NCBI RefSeq assembly: GCF_018350175.1
Contig: NC_058369.1
Coordinates: 21,950,001 to 22,014,000, forward strand
Direction of reading: 5' to 3'
DNA length: 64,000 nucleotides
DNA from: Felis catus
Taxonomy: Eukaryota
Below, one piece after another: positions 1 through 14,051 of this stretch (position 1 is its first letter; the number at the start of each line of letters is the position of its first letter). The position numbers and the translations under genes are program-made. The notes under the pieces are model-generated. The model was given only the letters and a program-made list of their open reading frames with translations, searched no databases and was not told the origin of the DNA.

Positions 1-654
1 GCTCCCTTCTCCAGCTGGGAGTGTCCCCGAGTTCCGTTTTTCCTCCAAGATCTGTGAGGAGACTGCTTGCTCATTCCTGAATATTCTTTTCCTTGTATTT
101 TCAGGATCGAGTACACTACTTGACTTCCATTCTGTAGTTGTCTTTTCTTTTTTTTTTTTGGTCTATTTTCTGAACATCGCTGCTGCATCAAGAATCCCCT
201 CTGCCTTTAGTAAGATCATGAACGTTGGGCACTGTGGTTCTTCCAGTGCATGTTATTTATAACCCAACTCCTCTACTATAGCTCAGGCACCCTTGATGCT
301 TTGAAGACTTAAGAGTTACCCTTTCCCCTTTCTTTCCATTTTTCACCCAATGGCTCTGGCTTGACCAAGGAGTCTGGCAGCAGGCATAGGATCAGACCAA
401 TCTGTGTTTTGGATGGCTTGAATTTATCTACCAACCTTGGAGTCACAGAAGTGAATTTTCATCCCCATCTGCCTTCTATTTTCTGTGGGACATCAGGGGG
501 TTTGGTTCACATCTCTGAGTCTGCTGATTCCTTATCTGTACAATGGGTATAATAATTTCTTGCCTGCTTCAGTTATGAGGAGGAAATGAAATAAGCTTTG
601 TGATCTGTACTCTATACATGTAAGTGACCTTTGTCATGATTATTCTTTAAAAAA

Positions 655-856
655 TTTTATTTATTTATTTTTAGAGAGAGAGAGGGAGACAGAGAGAGCA
701 GGGGAGGAACAGGGAGAGAGGAGAGTGAATCCTAACCAGGCTCTGCACTGTCAGGGAGAGACTGATGCAGGGCTTGACCTAACAAACTGCGTGATCACGA
801 CCTGAGACCAAACCAAGAGTCTGATGCTTAACTGACTGAGCCACCCGGGTGTCCCC
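655..856 (-). mobile_element. Can-SINE (SINEC_Fc-type)
   Basis: Antisense tRNA-derived head, (AG)n and T-rich tail. TSD CTTTGTCATGATTAT on both sides. Confidence 0.88.
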
Positions 857-1769
857 TTTGTCATGATTATCATTCTTGTGGCTGATTTTCTGGGAGTTTA
901 CCATCCATAGTATCAGTGCTGGGGCTCTGAGACTTGCTGGCTCGCTGGCAGCAGGAAGGGGTACGTGGGAATGGTGGAGAGTGGGCACAGTGACAGAATG
1001 GGGCTGCGGTACCTGAGGTTCCAAAGGATGTGAGTGAGTGTGTTCATGAATATGACTCGGACACTAGGTCCCATCTGTAGTCCCAAGATAAGGGCCTCCT
1101 TAGCAACACCTTTTCTAATCTTCCTCCTCCTGAGAGGAGCTGGTGGTCAGCTTCTCTTCCTGTAGCATTGCCTACCCATGCCACTTAGCTGATTATGTCC
1201 TGGTAATCTGTGCTATTTCCTTTTTCAGTTTCTATATTCTTTCTCTCTTACCAAATTACAAGTGTTTCAAAGCCTGGAGCCATGTGTGTGCATGTCTGTC
1301 ATCCCATAGCGATAGCACATCACAGTGATTTATACACGGTAGGCACCCAAAATGTGTGGTATTTATGTGAAGCTAGGCCATGTTTTTCTTTGTTGAAGAT
1401 TGGAGGGAAGAAAGTCTTCTGTTATTCTAGAAAATGTTTTATTTTTAACAAAGTCATAAATGAACATACATTAAAAAGTTGAAAAGTGGTACAGGCTTAT
1501 AAAAACAGTAGTCCCTGCCAACCACACATTCTAATCTGTTCCCCAGAAATAACCACTTCTTAACTGCTTAACTGTTTTCCCTTCTCGGGCATTATCCTCC
1601 ATATTTATAAGTATTTTATGTGTATACACTATCTCATGATTTGTCAGTTTTGTACATTATCTACCAACTTTAAAAACTGGTAGGTGAAAACTTTTATCCC
1701 TCTTTCACTCCCCTCTCCTCATCCCATAATCCAATAGTTATATCTCAAATTTTGGTTAACTCTATTGTC

Positions 1770-1965
1770 ACTGTTCCAGTGATCTATTGCTGCGTGACAA
1801 ATAATCACAAAACTCAGTGGCTTAAAACAACTACAGTAATTTTACTTTCCCCCACAGCTCTGGTCGGGAATTGGGAAGGGTTGGCTTGCTGGTTCTTGCT
1901 CCGTGTGTCTCATACAATCGCGGTCAGCCAGTGGATGGAGGTAGAATGGCAGGAGCTGGCCACAA
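1770..1965. mobile_element. MaLR (MLT1-like) LTR fragment
   Basis: TGTTCCAGTGATCTATTGCTGCGTGACAAATAATCACAAAACTCAGTGGCTTAAAACAAC is typical of an MLT1 LTR terminus. Confidence 0.65.
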
Positions 1966-4844
1966 TGTCCTATCGTTGGAATCATGCGATATGTAACCTT
2001 TTTAGATTGGCTTCTGTCACTTAGTAATATGCATGTAAGCTTCCCCCACGTCTTTTCATGGCTTGACAGCTCCTTTATTTTTAGTGCTGAATAATATTCC
2101 ATTGTGTGGGTGGCCCACGGTTTATCCATTCACCTACTGAAGGGCATCTTGGTTGCTTCCAAGTTTTGGTGATTATAAATAAAGCTGCTATAAATATCTG
2201 TGTGCAGGTTTTTGTGTGAACATAAAATTTTCAGTTCTTTTGGGTAAATACAATGGAGTGTGATTGCTGGAATGTATAGTTGGAGTATGTTTCATTTTCA
2301 AAGAAGCCGCCAAATGACCTCCCAAAGTGGCCGTACTATTTTGCATTCTTAACAGCAACAAATAAATGAAAATTCCTATTGTTCCACATCCTTGCCTGTA
2401 TTTGGTGTCATCAGTGTTCCAGATTTTGGCCATCATAATAGGTATGTAGTGGTATCTTCACTGTTGTTTTTATTTTCATTTCCCTGATGGCATATGAGAG
2501 AGAGCATTTTTTAATATGTCTTTGTCATCTGTATATCTCCTTTGATGAGGTGTCTGTTAAGGTCTTTGGCCCACTTTTTAATTTTATATTTCATTTATTT
2601 TTTAGGGTAGAGTTTGGCCTACTTTTAAATCGGGTTCTTTGTTTTCTTGTTTTTGAGTTTTAAGAGTTCTTTCTATATTTTAGATAACAATCTTTCATGA
2701 GATGTATATTTGGCAGATATTTTCTCCCAGGTCATGGCTTATCTTCTCATTCAACTGATAGTGTCTCTCACAGAGCAGAATTTTAAAATTTTGATGGAGT
2801 CCAGTTCATCAATTATTTATTTCATAGCTCATGCATTTGGTGTTGAATCAAAAAATTAATTGCCATGCCCAAGTTAATCTAAGTTTTTCGTATGTTATCT
2901 TCTGGGATTTTTATATTTTTTGCATTTTTACATTTAGGTCTCTGATCCACTTGGAGTTACGTTTTGTGAAGGGTGTAAGGTCCGTGTGTAGCTTCATTTT
3001 TTTTTACATGGGGATGTCCTGTTGTTCCAGCACCATTTGTTGAAGAAACTATCTTTGTTCCCTTGGATTGCCTTTGTTCTTTTGTCAAAGATCAGTTAAC
3101 TATATTTATATGGGTCTATTTTTGGGCTCTTTATTTTGTTCCATTGATCTATTTTCTTGTTCTTTCACCAATACCATACTTTCCTGATTATTGTAGCTTT
3201 TTAGTAAGTCTTGATTTCAGATAGTGTCGGACTTCTGACTTTGCTTTTCTCCTTCAATATTGTCTGTTCTGGGTCTTTTGGTTTTCCGTATAAATTTTAG
3301 AATGTTTTGGCATTCACAAATAGCTTGCAGGAATTTTGATTGAGATTTCACTGAATCTACAGATCAAGTTGGGAAGAATGGACATCTTGACAATATTGAG
3401 TCTTCCTATCATGAATATGAAATATTTTTACATTTATTTAGTTCTTTGATTTTATTCATTAGAGTTTTGTAGTTTTTTTCACATAGATCTTGTACATATT
3501 TTGTTAGAGTTATAGCATAGCTAACTATTTTATTTTGAAGGGTATAATGTAAATGGTGTTCTATTTTCAAATGCAAATTCCACTTATTTATTGCTGCTTT
3601 ATAGGAAAGTGATTAAATTTTGTATATTAATTTGTATCTGAAATCTTGCTATAATTGCTTATTCCAGTAGTTTTTTTTCTGATTCTTTTGGATTTTCTAC
3701 ATAGACAGTAATGTCACCTGTGAACAAAGACAGTGTTATTTCTTCCTTCTCAATCTTTATACCTTTTATTTCTTTTTCTTGTCTTATTGTATTAGCTAAG
3801 ACTTCCAGTACAGTGTTGAAAAGAAGTGATAAGAGGAGACATCCTTGCCTTGTTCCTGATCTTAGTGGGAAAGCTTCTAGTTTCTCGCTATTAAGTATGT
3901 TAGCTGTCATTTTTTTTGTAGGAGTTCTTTATCAAGTAGAGGAAGTTCTCCTCTATTTCTAGTTTACTGAGAGCCTTTTAAAAAATCATGAATGGGTGTT
4001 GGATTTTGCCAAATGCCTTTTTTGGGCATTTATTGATATTATCAAGTGATACTTATCTTTTAGTCTGTTAATGTAATGGATTACATTAATTGATTTTCAA
4101 ACATTGAACCAGCCTTGCATTCATGGGATAAATTCCACTTGATTATAGAGTATAATTCTCATATATGTTGTTGAATTCAGTTTACTAATATTTTGTTTAG
4201 GATTTTGGCTTATATTTTCATGAGAGATATTGATCTGTGGTCTTCTTTTCTTCTAATGTCTTTGTCTGGTTTTGGTATTAGGATAATGCTGGCATCGTAG
4301 AATACGTTAGGAAGGATTCCCTATGCTTCTATCCTCTGAAAGAGACTGTGGAGAATTGATATAACTTCTTCCTTAAATGTTTGGTGGAATTCATTAGTGA
4401 ACCCATCTGGGGCTGGTTCTTTCTATTTTTGAAGATTATTAATTATTTATTCAGTTTTTAAAATAGATATAAGCCTATTCAGACAACTTCTTCTTTCAAG
4501 GGTTTTGGCAGATTGTGTCTTTCAAGAAAGTGGCCTATTTCATCTTGGTTATCAAATCTGTGGGCACAGAGTTGTTCATATTATTCTTTTATTATCTTTT
4601 TAATGTTCATGGGATCTGTAGTAATGTCCCTGGTTTCATTCTAATGTTAGCTATTTGTGTCCTCTCTCTTTTTCTTAATTAGTCAGAATAGAGGCTTATC
4701 AATTTTACTGATCTTTTCTAAGAAGTAGCTTTTGATTTTGATTTTGTTGATTTTCTTTATTGGCTTCTTCTTTTCCATTTCATTGATTCCTGCTCTTCTT
4801 TTTATTGTTTACTTCTGATTAATTTGAATTTACTTTTGGTTTTT

Positions 4845-4940
4845 CTTTTTTAAGTAATTGTACACAATACACAGGACTCAAACTCATGATCCTGAGATCA
4901 ACAGTTGCATGCTCTACAAACTGAGCCAGCCAGGTGCCCC
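4845..4940 (-). mobile_element. Short older Can-SINE inside L1
   Basis: CCTGAGATCAACAGTTGCATGCTCTACAAACTGAGCCAGCCAGGTGCCCC. Confidence 0.7.
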
Positions 4941-5689
4941 TAAATTTCTCCCCTCTTTTTCTAGTTTCCTAAGGTGGAAGCTTAGGTGACTGACTTTAGA
5001 TCTTTCTTCTTTTCTAATATATACATTCAGTGCTATGAATTTCCCTCAAGTACTGTTTTCACTTTACCCGACAAATTTGTTAAGTTGTGTTTTTACTTTC
5101 ATTTAGTTAAAATATTTAAAAATTTAATTCATGTGTAATTTAGAAGTATGTTGTTTACTCTTCAAGTATTTTGGGATATTCCATCTATTTTTCTGCTATT
5201 TATTTCTGGTTTAATTCCTTTGTGGCTTGAGAGCAGACTTTGTGTAATTTCTTTATGCTTAAATTTGAGATGTGTTTTATGGCCCAGAATGTGGTTTATC
5301 TTGGTAAATGGTCCATGTGGCCTTGAGAAGAATGTGTGTTCTGATGTTGTTGGATGAAGTAGACTGTAGATGTCCATTGTATTAGTTGATTGATGGTGTT
5401 GAGTCCAGTTTTGTCCTTACTGATTTTTGACTTGCTGGACCTTTCCATTTCTGAGAGAGGGATGTTGAACTCCAACTATAGTAAGTGGATTTATATGTTT
5501 ATACTTGCAGTTCTACCAATTTTTGCCTCATGTATTTTGATGCTCTGTTGTTAGGCACATACATATTAAGGCACATATTCATTAAGGCACATACACATTA
5601 AGGATTATCATTATATAATGCTCTTCTTTAACCCTGATATCTTTCCTTGCTCTGAAGTCTTCTCTGTCTGGAATTACTCTAGATTAAAA

Positions 5690-5904
5690 AAAATTTTTTT
5701 TAATGTTTATTTTTTTCTGAGACAGAGAGAGACAGACCATGAGTGGGTGAGGGGCAGAGACAAAGAGAGACACAGAATCCGAAGTGGGCTCCAGGCTCTG
5801 AGCTGTCAGTACAGAGCCCGACGCGGGACCCGAACTCACAAACTGTGAGATCATGACCTGAGCTGAAGTTGGTTGCTCAACCGACTGAGCCACCCAGGCG
5901 CCCC
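5690..5904 (-). mobile_element. SINEC_Fc
   Basis: Full antisense consensus ending CTGAGCCACCCAGGCGCCCC. Flanked by CTAGATT. Confidence 0.92.
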
Positions 5905-5989
5905 TAGATTTTTTTTTTTTTGATAAGTATAAATATGGTGTATTTTTCCCATACATTTACTTTTTTTTTTTTTAATGAAGAAGGTTTTT

Positions 5990-7550
5990 AAGCCCCAGGG
6001 GATGTGAGAGCTCCAAGAACTAGGAGTACACCTGGCTCCCTAAATTAATGAGTGGAGAAAAGCCTCCTGGTAACCAGAATGTCTGCACTCAACTGTTAGA
6101 TGAGTGAGAAATAAACTTTTTTTTAAATATGAAATTTATTGTCACATTGGTTTCCATACAACACCCAGTGCTAATCCCAACAGGTGCCCTCCTCAATACC
6201 CATCACCCACCCTCCCTGCCCTGCAACCCCCCATCAACCCTCAGCTTGTTCTCAGTTTTTAAGAGTCTCTTACGGTTTGGCTCCCTCCCTCTCTAACTTT
6301 TTTTCTTCCCCTCCCCCATGGTCTTCTGTTAAGTTTCTCAGGATCCACATAAGAGTGAACACATATGGTATCTGTCTTTCTCTGTATGACTTATTTAACT
6401 TAGCATAACACTCTCCAGTTCCATCCATGTTGCCACAAAATGACATATTTCATTCTTTCTCATTGCCACGTAGTATTCCTTTGTGTATATAAATCACAAT
6501 TTCTTTACCCATAGAATAGAGATTCTAGAATTGGACCCACAAAAGTATGGCCAACTAATCTTTGACAAAGCAGGAAAGAATATCCAATGGGAAAAAAGAT
6601 AGTCTCTTTAACAAATGGTGCTGGAAGAACTGGACAGCAACATGCAGAAGGATGAAACTAGACTACTTTCTTACACCATTCACAAAAATAAACTCAAAAT
6701 GGATAAAGGACCTGAATGTGAGACAGGAAACCATCAAAACCCTAGAGGAGAAAGCAGGAAAAAACCTCTCTGACCTCAGCCGCAGCAGTTTCTTACTTGA
6801 CACATCCCCAAAGGCAAGGGAATTAAAAGCAAAAATGAACTATTGGGACCTCATGAAGATAAAAATCTTCTGCACTGCCAAGGAAACAATCAACACAACT
6901 AAAAGGCAACCAACGGAATGGGAAAAGATATTTGCAAATTGACATATCGGACAAAGGGCTAGTGTCCAAAAATCTATAAAGAGCTCACCAAACTCCACAC
7001 CGGAAAAACAAATAATCCAGTGAAGAAATGGGCAGAGAACATGAACAGACACTTCTTAAAGAAGACATCCAGATGGCCAACAAGCACATGAAAAGATGCT
7101 CAACGTCGCTCCTCATCAGGGAAATACAAATCAAAACCACACTCAGATATCACCTCACGCCAGTCAGAGTGGCTAAAATGAACAAATCAGGAGACTATAG
7201 ATGCTGGTGAGGATGTGGAGAAACGGGAACCCTCTTGCACTGTTGGTGGGAATGCAAACTGGTGCAGCTACTCTGGAAAACAGTGTGGAGGTTCCTCAAA
7301 AAATTGAAAATAGATCTACCTTATGACCCAGCAACAGCACTGCTAGGAATTTACCCAAGGGATACAGGAGTGCTGATGCATAGGGGCACTTGGACCCCAA
7401 TGTTTATAGCAGCACTTTCAACAATAGCCAAATTATGGAAAGAGCCTAAATGTCCATTAACTGATGAATGGATAGAGACATAAACTTTTAATTCATTATG
7501 TCATCGACATTTTGAAGTTTATTACTAGTTAGCATTACCTAAATAATGAA
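5990..7550 (+). mobile_element. MaLR (MLT1-like) LTR 3' fragment split by the inverted L1
   Basis: TGTTAGATGAGTGAGAAATAAAC... resumes after the L1 as ...TTATTACTAGTTAGCATTACCTAAATAAT, resembling MLT1 LTR ends. Confidence 0.55.
6121..7474. mobile_element. Young carnivore L1 (L1_Fc-like), 5'-truncated with 5' inversion
   Basis: 6121-~6507 is the L1 3' end on the - strand. ~6510-7474 is the ORF2 C-terminus on the + strand ([22 protein letters not shown]..., [21 protein letters not shown]). TSD GAGA[A/C]ATAAACTTTT at 6106-6120 and 7475-7489. Confidence 0.93.
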
Positions 7551-8019
7551 TTTATCATTCATTGCTAATATTGCTTATTTACCTATTCTCCTTTGTGTGT
7601 GTTTGTTGACCAACCATGTCAGAGATTTGTCTATTTTATTAATATTTTTTTTTAAAAAAATCTGTGTTTGGTACTATTCTCTACCATTTCCTTGTTTCCT
7701 ACTTCATTAATCTCATTAATTAATTACTGCCACCAATATTTCTTTCCGTCCATTTGGGTTTAGTCTTTTGTTCTTTTCATAAGTTCTTGAAGTGCTTGGG
7801 AAGATCATAATTCTTAACATTTGTTATATTTTAATATATACATTCAGACCTATAAATCATCCTTTAAGTATTAATTTTGTTGCATTTTATGAGTAATTAT
7901 AATTATTTAATAATGTTCATTGATTTTTAAAGCCATGAATTATTCATATATATGTTTTATTATATTCTAATATACGAGCTTTGGAGGCCCAGTTTCATTA
8001 TTGCTTTATGTTTGTACTA

Positions 8020-8262
8020 TTTTATTTTATTTTATTTTATTTTATTTTATTTTATTTTTAACGTTTATTTATTTTTGAGACAGAGAGAGACAGAGCATGA
8101 ATGGGGGAGGGGCAGAGAGAGAGGGAGACACAGAATTGGAAGCAGGCTCCAAGCTCCGAGCCATCAGCCCAGAGCCCGACTAGGGGCTCGAATTCACAGA
8201 CTGCGAGATCGTGACCTGAGCTGAAGTCGGACGCTTAACCGACTGAGCCACCCAGGTGCCCC
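8020..8262 (-). mobile_element. SINEC_Fc with (TTTTA)n tail
   Basis: Near-consensus body. TSD ATGTTTGTACTATTTT on both sides. Confidence 0.92.
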
Positions 8263-8334
8263 ATGTTTGTACTATTTTATATTATGAGAAAGTCCATCTG
8301 TTTACTTTTTTCTCTCTAGGGTATTCATTGTTTT

Positions 8335-10290
8335 TTTATTTTATTTTATTGAGGTATAATTGACATACAATATTATATTACTTTTAGGTCTACGACATAG
8401 TGATTTGATATTTGTATGCATTGCAAATGATCACTGCAGTAAGTCTGGACACCATCTGTCACCATACAAAGTTAATACAATATTAGTGACTCTATTTACC
8501 ATGATGTAAATTACATCCCCATGATGTATTTATTTTATAACTGGAAGGTTTTTTTGATCCCCTTCACCCATTTCTCACTCCTCCAACCTCCCTCCGCTCT
8601 GTCAACTACCAATCTGTTTTTTGTGAATCTGGATTTTGTTTTGTTTTTTATATTTGACATATAAGTGGAATTATGTAGTATTTGTCTTTCTGATTTATTT
8701 TACTTAGCATAATACCCTCAAGGTACATCCATGTTGTCACAAATGGCAAGATTTCATTCCTTTTTATGGTCAAGTCATATTTCATTGCATATGTACACTA
8801 CACATTCTGTATCCATTCATCCATTGATAGACGCTTGGGTTGCTTCTATATCTTGGCTATTGTGAATAATGCAGCAATGAATTTAGGAGTTCATATGCAT
8901 ATTTTCAAATTAGTGTTTTTTCCTTCAAAAAGATAGATACCCAGTAATGGAATTGCTGGATCACATAGTGATTCTGTTTATAATTTTTTGAGGAACTTCC
9001 ATATTGTTTTCCACAGTGGATGCTCCAATTTACATTCCCACCAACAGTGCATGAAAGGGTTGCTTTTTCTCCACATCCTTGTCAACACTTGTTATTTATT
9101 GTCTTTTTGATAGTAGTCATTCTAACATGTGTGATTTGATGTCTCAGTGTGGTTTTGATTTGCATTTCCATGATGAGTAATGATGTTGAACATCTTTTCA
9201 CGTGTCTGTTGGCCATCTGTATGTCTTTTTTGCAAAAAGGTCTATTCAGATTCTCTGCCCATTTTTTAAAATTGGATTATTTATTTGCCTTTTTTGTTAT
9301 TGACTTATATGAGTTCTTTATTTTGAATATTAACCTTTTGTCAGATAAGTGATTTGCAAATATCTTCTATTCAGTAGGGTGCCTTTCATTTTATTGCTGG
9401 CTTCCTTTGCTTTGCAGAAGCTTTTTAGTTCAATGTAGTCTCATTTATTTATTTTTGCTCTTTTGCCCTTGCCTTTGGAGTCAGATAAAAAAAAAAACAT
9501 TGCTAAGACAGATGCCAAGGAGCTTAACTACCTATGTTTTCTTCTAGGAGTTTTATGATTTGGGGTCTTACATTCAAGTCTTTAATCCATTTCAAATTAA
9601 TTTTTGTATATGGTGAAATAGTGGCCCAGTTTCATTCTTCTGCATGTAGCTTTCCAGTTTTCTCAGTACCATTTATTGAGGAGATTGTTTATTTCTCTGT
9701 TGTATATTCTTGCCTCCATTGTTATAAATTAATTGATCATATACGTGTGGGTTTTTTCTGGGCTCTCTATTCTGTTCCATTGATTCTGTTTTTATGCTAA
9801 TACCATAATGTTTTGATTACTACAGTTTTGTAACATAGTTTGAGACCAGGGAGCATGATAGCTCTAGCTTTGTTGTTCTTCTCAAGATTCTTTGGCTATT
9901 CAGAGTCTTTTGTGGTTCCAAACAGATTTTAGAATTATTTGTTCTAGTTATGTGAGAAGTGCAATTGGAACGTTGATAGGGATTGCAGTGAATCTGTAGA
10001 TTACTTTTGGGTAGTATGGACATTTAAACAATATAGTAAGTCTTCCAATTCTTGAGCATGGAATATATTCCTATTTGTGTTTTCTTTAATTTCTCTCATC
10101 AATGTCTTCCAGTTTTCAGTGTACAAGTGTTTCATCTCCTTGGCTATATTTATCCCCAAATATTTTATTCTTTTTGATGTGATTGTAAATTGGATTGTTT
10201 TTTTTTTAATTTCTCTTTCTGATAGTTCATTATTAACAAATAGAAATGCAACAGATTTTTGTATACTAATTTTGTATCCTGTAACTTTAT
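8335..10290 (-). mobile_element. LINE-1 (L1MA/L1_Carn-like) 3' end and ORF2 remnant
   Basis: T-rich tail followed by typical antisense L1 3' UTR/ORF2 sequence (GTGGTTTTGATTTGCATTTCC, GAATCTGTAGATTACTTTTGGGTAGTATGGACATTT). Confidence 0.88.
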
Positions 10291-12774
10291 TTTATTTATT
10301 TATTTATCTACTACCTTTACTACATATTTGCCTTTTCCATTGAGATTTTTACTTTTGTATGTTTTCTTGTTATTAATTAGTGCCATTTCTTTTCAGTCTG
10401 AAGAAGTCTCTTTAACATTTCTTATAAGGCTGGTTTAGTGGTGGTGTACTCCTTTAGCTGTTGTTTGTCTAGAAGACTCTTTATCTGTCTTTCAATTCTG
10501 AATGATTACCTTGTTGGGCAGAATATTCTTGGCTGGACTTTTTTTTCCTTTCAAAACTTTGAATATGTCATGCTACTCCCTTCTGGCCTGCAGAGTCTCT
10601 GTTGAGAAATCTGCTGATAGCTTTATGGGGTTTCCCTTGTACATAACACTTTGCTTTCTCTTGCTCCTTTTAAGATTCTCTCTTGATCCTTAACCTTTGA
10701 CATTTTAATTATAATTGTGTCTTGATATGGATCTCTTTGGTTTCATCTTACTTGGAACACTCTGAGCTTTCTAGACCTGGATGTCTTTTTCTTTCCTGTG
10801 GTAAGGACATTTTCAGCCATTATTTCTTCTTTATTTGTGTCTTTATTTCTTCTTCACTCCTGATGGGTAACTTCATAGAGTATGGAATTCTAGGTTGGTG
10901 GTTTTTCTCTCTCAACACTTTAAATATTTCACACCACTCTTTTCTTGTTTGCATGATTTCTGAGAAGCCAGATGTAATTAAATGTAATTCTTTTCTTCTC
11001 TGTAGGTGAGGTATTTTTTTCATTTGGCTTTTTTCAGGATTTTTTCTTTAGCTTTGATTTTTTGTAGTTTGAATATGATATGCTTTCATATAAGTTGTTT
11101 GTTTGTTTTTGAACTTAACGTGCTTGTTATTCTCTGAACTTCCTGGATTTGTGGGTTGACAACTGACATTAATTTGGGGGTAATTCTCAGGCATTATTGT
11201 TTCTAATATTTTTTCTGTTCTTTTATCACTTCTCCTTCTGGTATTACCCCTACGTGTACATTTTACATTTTGTAGTTAATTCACAATTCTTGGATACTCT
11301 GTTTTCTTTTTTAAATTTTTTTCCCTTTGCTTTTCAGTTTTGGCAGTTTCTCAAGCTCAGAAATTCTTTCCTTAGCTGTTTCTACTCTACTAATAAGCCC
11401 ATCAAAGGCATTCTTCATTTCTGTTAAAGTGTTTTTTTTCCGTCTAGTATTTCTTTTTGCTTTTTTCTTAGAACTTATATCTCTCTGCTTACATTGCCCA
11501 TCTGTTCTTGCATGCTGCCTATTTTATTCATTAGAGCCCTTAGCATATTAATAATAGTGGTTTTACTATGATAATTCCAATATCCCTGCCATACCCAAGT
11601 CTGGTTTGATGCTTGCTCTATCTCTTGAAACTGTTCTTTTTGCCTTTTAGTATGTCTTATAATTTTTTCTTGATAGCTGGACATGATGAACTATGTAAAA
11701 GGAACTTCAGTAAATAGACCTTTAGTAATGTGGTGGTGAGATGTGGGGAAGGGAAGTATTTTATACTCTTATGATTAGGTTTCAGTCTTTTAGTGAGCCT
11801 GTGCCTCTAGACTGTGAACTTCCTAAGTGCTTCTCTCTTCACTCCCTTAGGTGGGACAGGATGGCTGTCCTGTGCCACAGTTGGATATTTTTCTTATCCC
11901 AGGTAGTTAGGTTTTTACAAAATTCCAGAAGGTTAGGCTTTTGGTAGAAATGTTTCTCTTCTGGGAAGACCTTTTTAAGAGCAGAATTCTCTGGTCTATT
12001 TCAGAATGGTTCCCTTTTCCCTCCCACTTCCAGAAGCACAAGGGGATTTTTCTCTGATATTCACTGGAGGACCTGGTAGAGCTCCTGGAGATAAAGTTTA
12101 CATAAGTGTGGAGTTCCTAGGATGCCTATGTTGCCCTGGAGTTCTTATATCTTAGATTTGTCCACACTGAGACTCCAGCAACCTGTCAGTACAGTTCAGA
12201 GTTTCCTACTGCAGTACCTGCTTCCCAAGGAGGTTTCTTTTTGTGGATTTCTGCTCCATAAAAACAGCATTGCATGAAAGTTGTGGTTAATTCATATCTT
12301 TGCCAACACTTGTTGTTGACAGTCTTTTTAACCTTTGTTGAATTGTAGGAATTCTTCATTTTGGATACAAGCTCTTTTTCAGTTATGCTTTGTCAGTATT
12401 TTTTCCCAATTCATGGTTTGCCTATTCATTTTCCTAATGACTTTTTTTTTGTGAACAAAAGTTTTTAATTTAATGAAGCCTAATCTGTCACTTTTTTCTT
12501 TTTATGAATATTGCTTTCTATGTCCTAAGAAATCTCTGCCTAACTCCAGTTTGCAAAGATATAATCTTTTTTTTATTTCTAAAATATTTACAGTTTTATA
12601 TAAACTTTTTATATTTTGGTTTCTTATCCATATTGAATCATTCTTTTTTTTTTTTTTGTATAGTATGAGGTTGGGGATTAAGGTTCTTTTAAAAATCTTA
12701 CATAGATATATAGTTCTAGTACCATGTGTTGAAAAGAACTTTCCTTTCCAATTGAATTGCTTTGGCAATTTTGT

Positions 12775-12826
12775 TTTGAGAGAGAGACAGAGACAGAAAG
12801 AGAGAGAACATGAGCAGGGGAGGGGC

Positions 12827-12877
<51 letters not shown>

Positions 12878-13018
12878 CCCAAGCAGGCCTCATGCTGAGC
12901 ATGAAGCCTGACACTCAGTGTGCAGCCAGATGTGGGGCTCGAGCTCATGACTGCGAGGTCATGACCTGAGCTGAAATCAAGAGTCAGACGTTTAATCAAC
13001 TGAACCACCCAGGCGCCC
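12775..13018 (-). mobile_element. Can-SINE with expanded (AG)n
   Basis: Consensus head. TSD CTTTGGCAA on both sides. Confidence 0.88.
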
Positions 13019-13748
13019 AACTTTGGCAAATTTATCAAAAGTCAGTTGACTATATAAGCATGGGTCAGTTTCTGCACTTTCTTCCCCCTTTACCATGGAC
13101 CTATTTATCTATTCTTATGTCAATATCTTATTGTCTTGATTTCTCTAGCTTTATGATAGGTCTTGAAGTCAGGTAGAGTAAGTCCTCCAAATTGTGAGTT
13201 TTTAAAAACTATTTTTGTTTTGAGCAATCCGCAGCCCTGACACTTCCATATAAATTTTGGAATCAGCTTGTCAATTTCAAAATAATAACAATAATAATTA
13301 TTATTCGGATTGTATTGCACTGAATAGGTAGATCAATCTGGGGAGAATTGACATAATTCAGTTTATCTTGGTAATGTTTTTTTAGCCTCTTATAGACAAC
13401 ATATTGTTGAATCATGCTTTCTTATCTAGTCTAAAAAACCTATTTCTTTTAATCATTGTATTTACTTAATCCACATTTAAAGTAATTATTGATATGTTTG
13501 GATATATATCTCTTATTTCATTTGTTTTCTATTTGTCTGATATGATTTTTGTCCCTCAGTTTCTACTTTCTTTCCATTTTTAAGAGTTGACTTAATAGGT
13601 TTTAATATGCCATTTTAATTCCTTTAAGTTATATGTCTGTATATTTTTAGCAGTTGCTCTAGGGATTATGATGCACAATTTAAACTTATCTCAGTCAGCT
13701 TACAATTAATACTGTACTACTTTACTTCATAAAATATAGGAAACTTGT

Positions 13749-13869
13749 GGGGCATCTGGGTAGCTCAGTCAGTTAAGCTTCCGACTTCAGCTCAGGTCAT
13801 GATCTCATGGTTTGTGAGCCTGAGCCCCACGTCGGGCTCTGCATTGATAGTGCGGAGTGTGCTTGTGAT

Positions 13870-13915
<46 letters not shown>

Positions 13916-13978
13916 CTCCCCTGCTTGCATGTGCTCTCTCTCTCTCTCTCTCAAAATAAAGAAATAAACTTTAAAAAA
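13749..13978 (+). mobile_element. Can-SINE
   Basis: GGGGCATCTGGGTAGCTCAGTC head, (CT)n and AATAAA tail. TSD AAAATATAGGAAAC. Confidence 0.9.
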
Positions 13979-14007
13979 TATAGGAAACCTGTGAGAGTAT
14001 AGACCAC

Positions 14008-14051
<44 letters not shown>

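Larger units (their letters stand above)
1975..5965 (-). mobile_element. Old LINE-1 (L1MC-like), 3' UTR plus ORF2 remnant, interrupted by SINEs
   Basis: Minus-strand fragments [55 protein letters not shown] (RT region) and HPTTSEHTFFSRPHGPFTKINHILGHK (endonuclease). Many stops and frameshifts. Confidence 0.9.
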
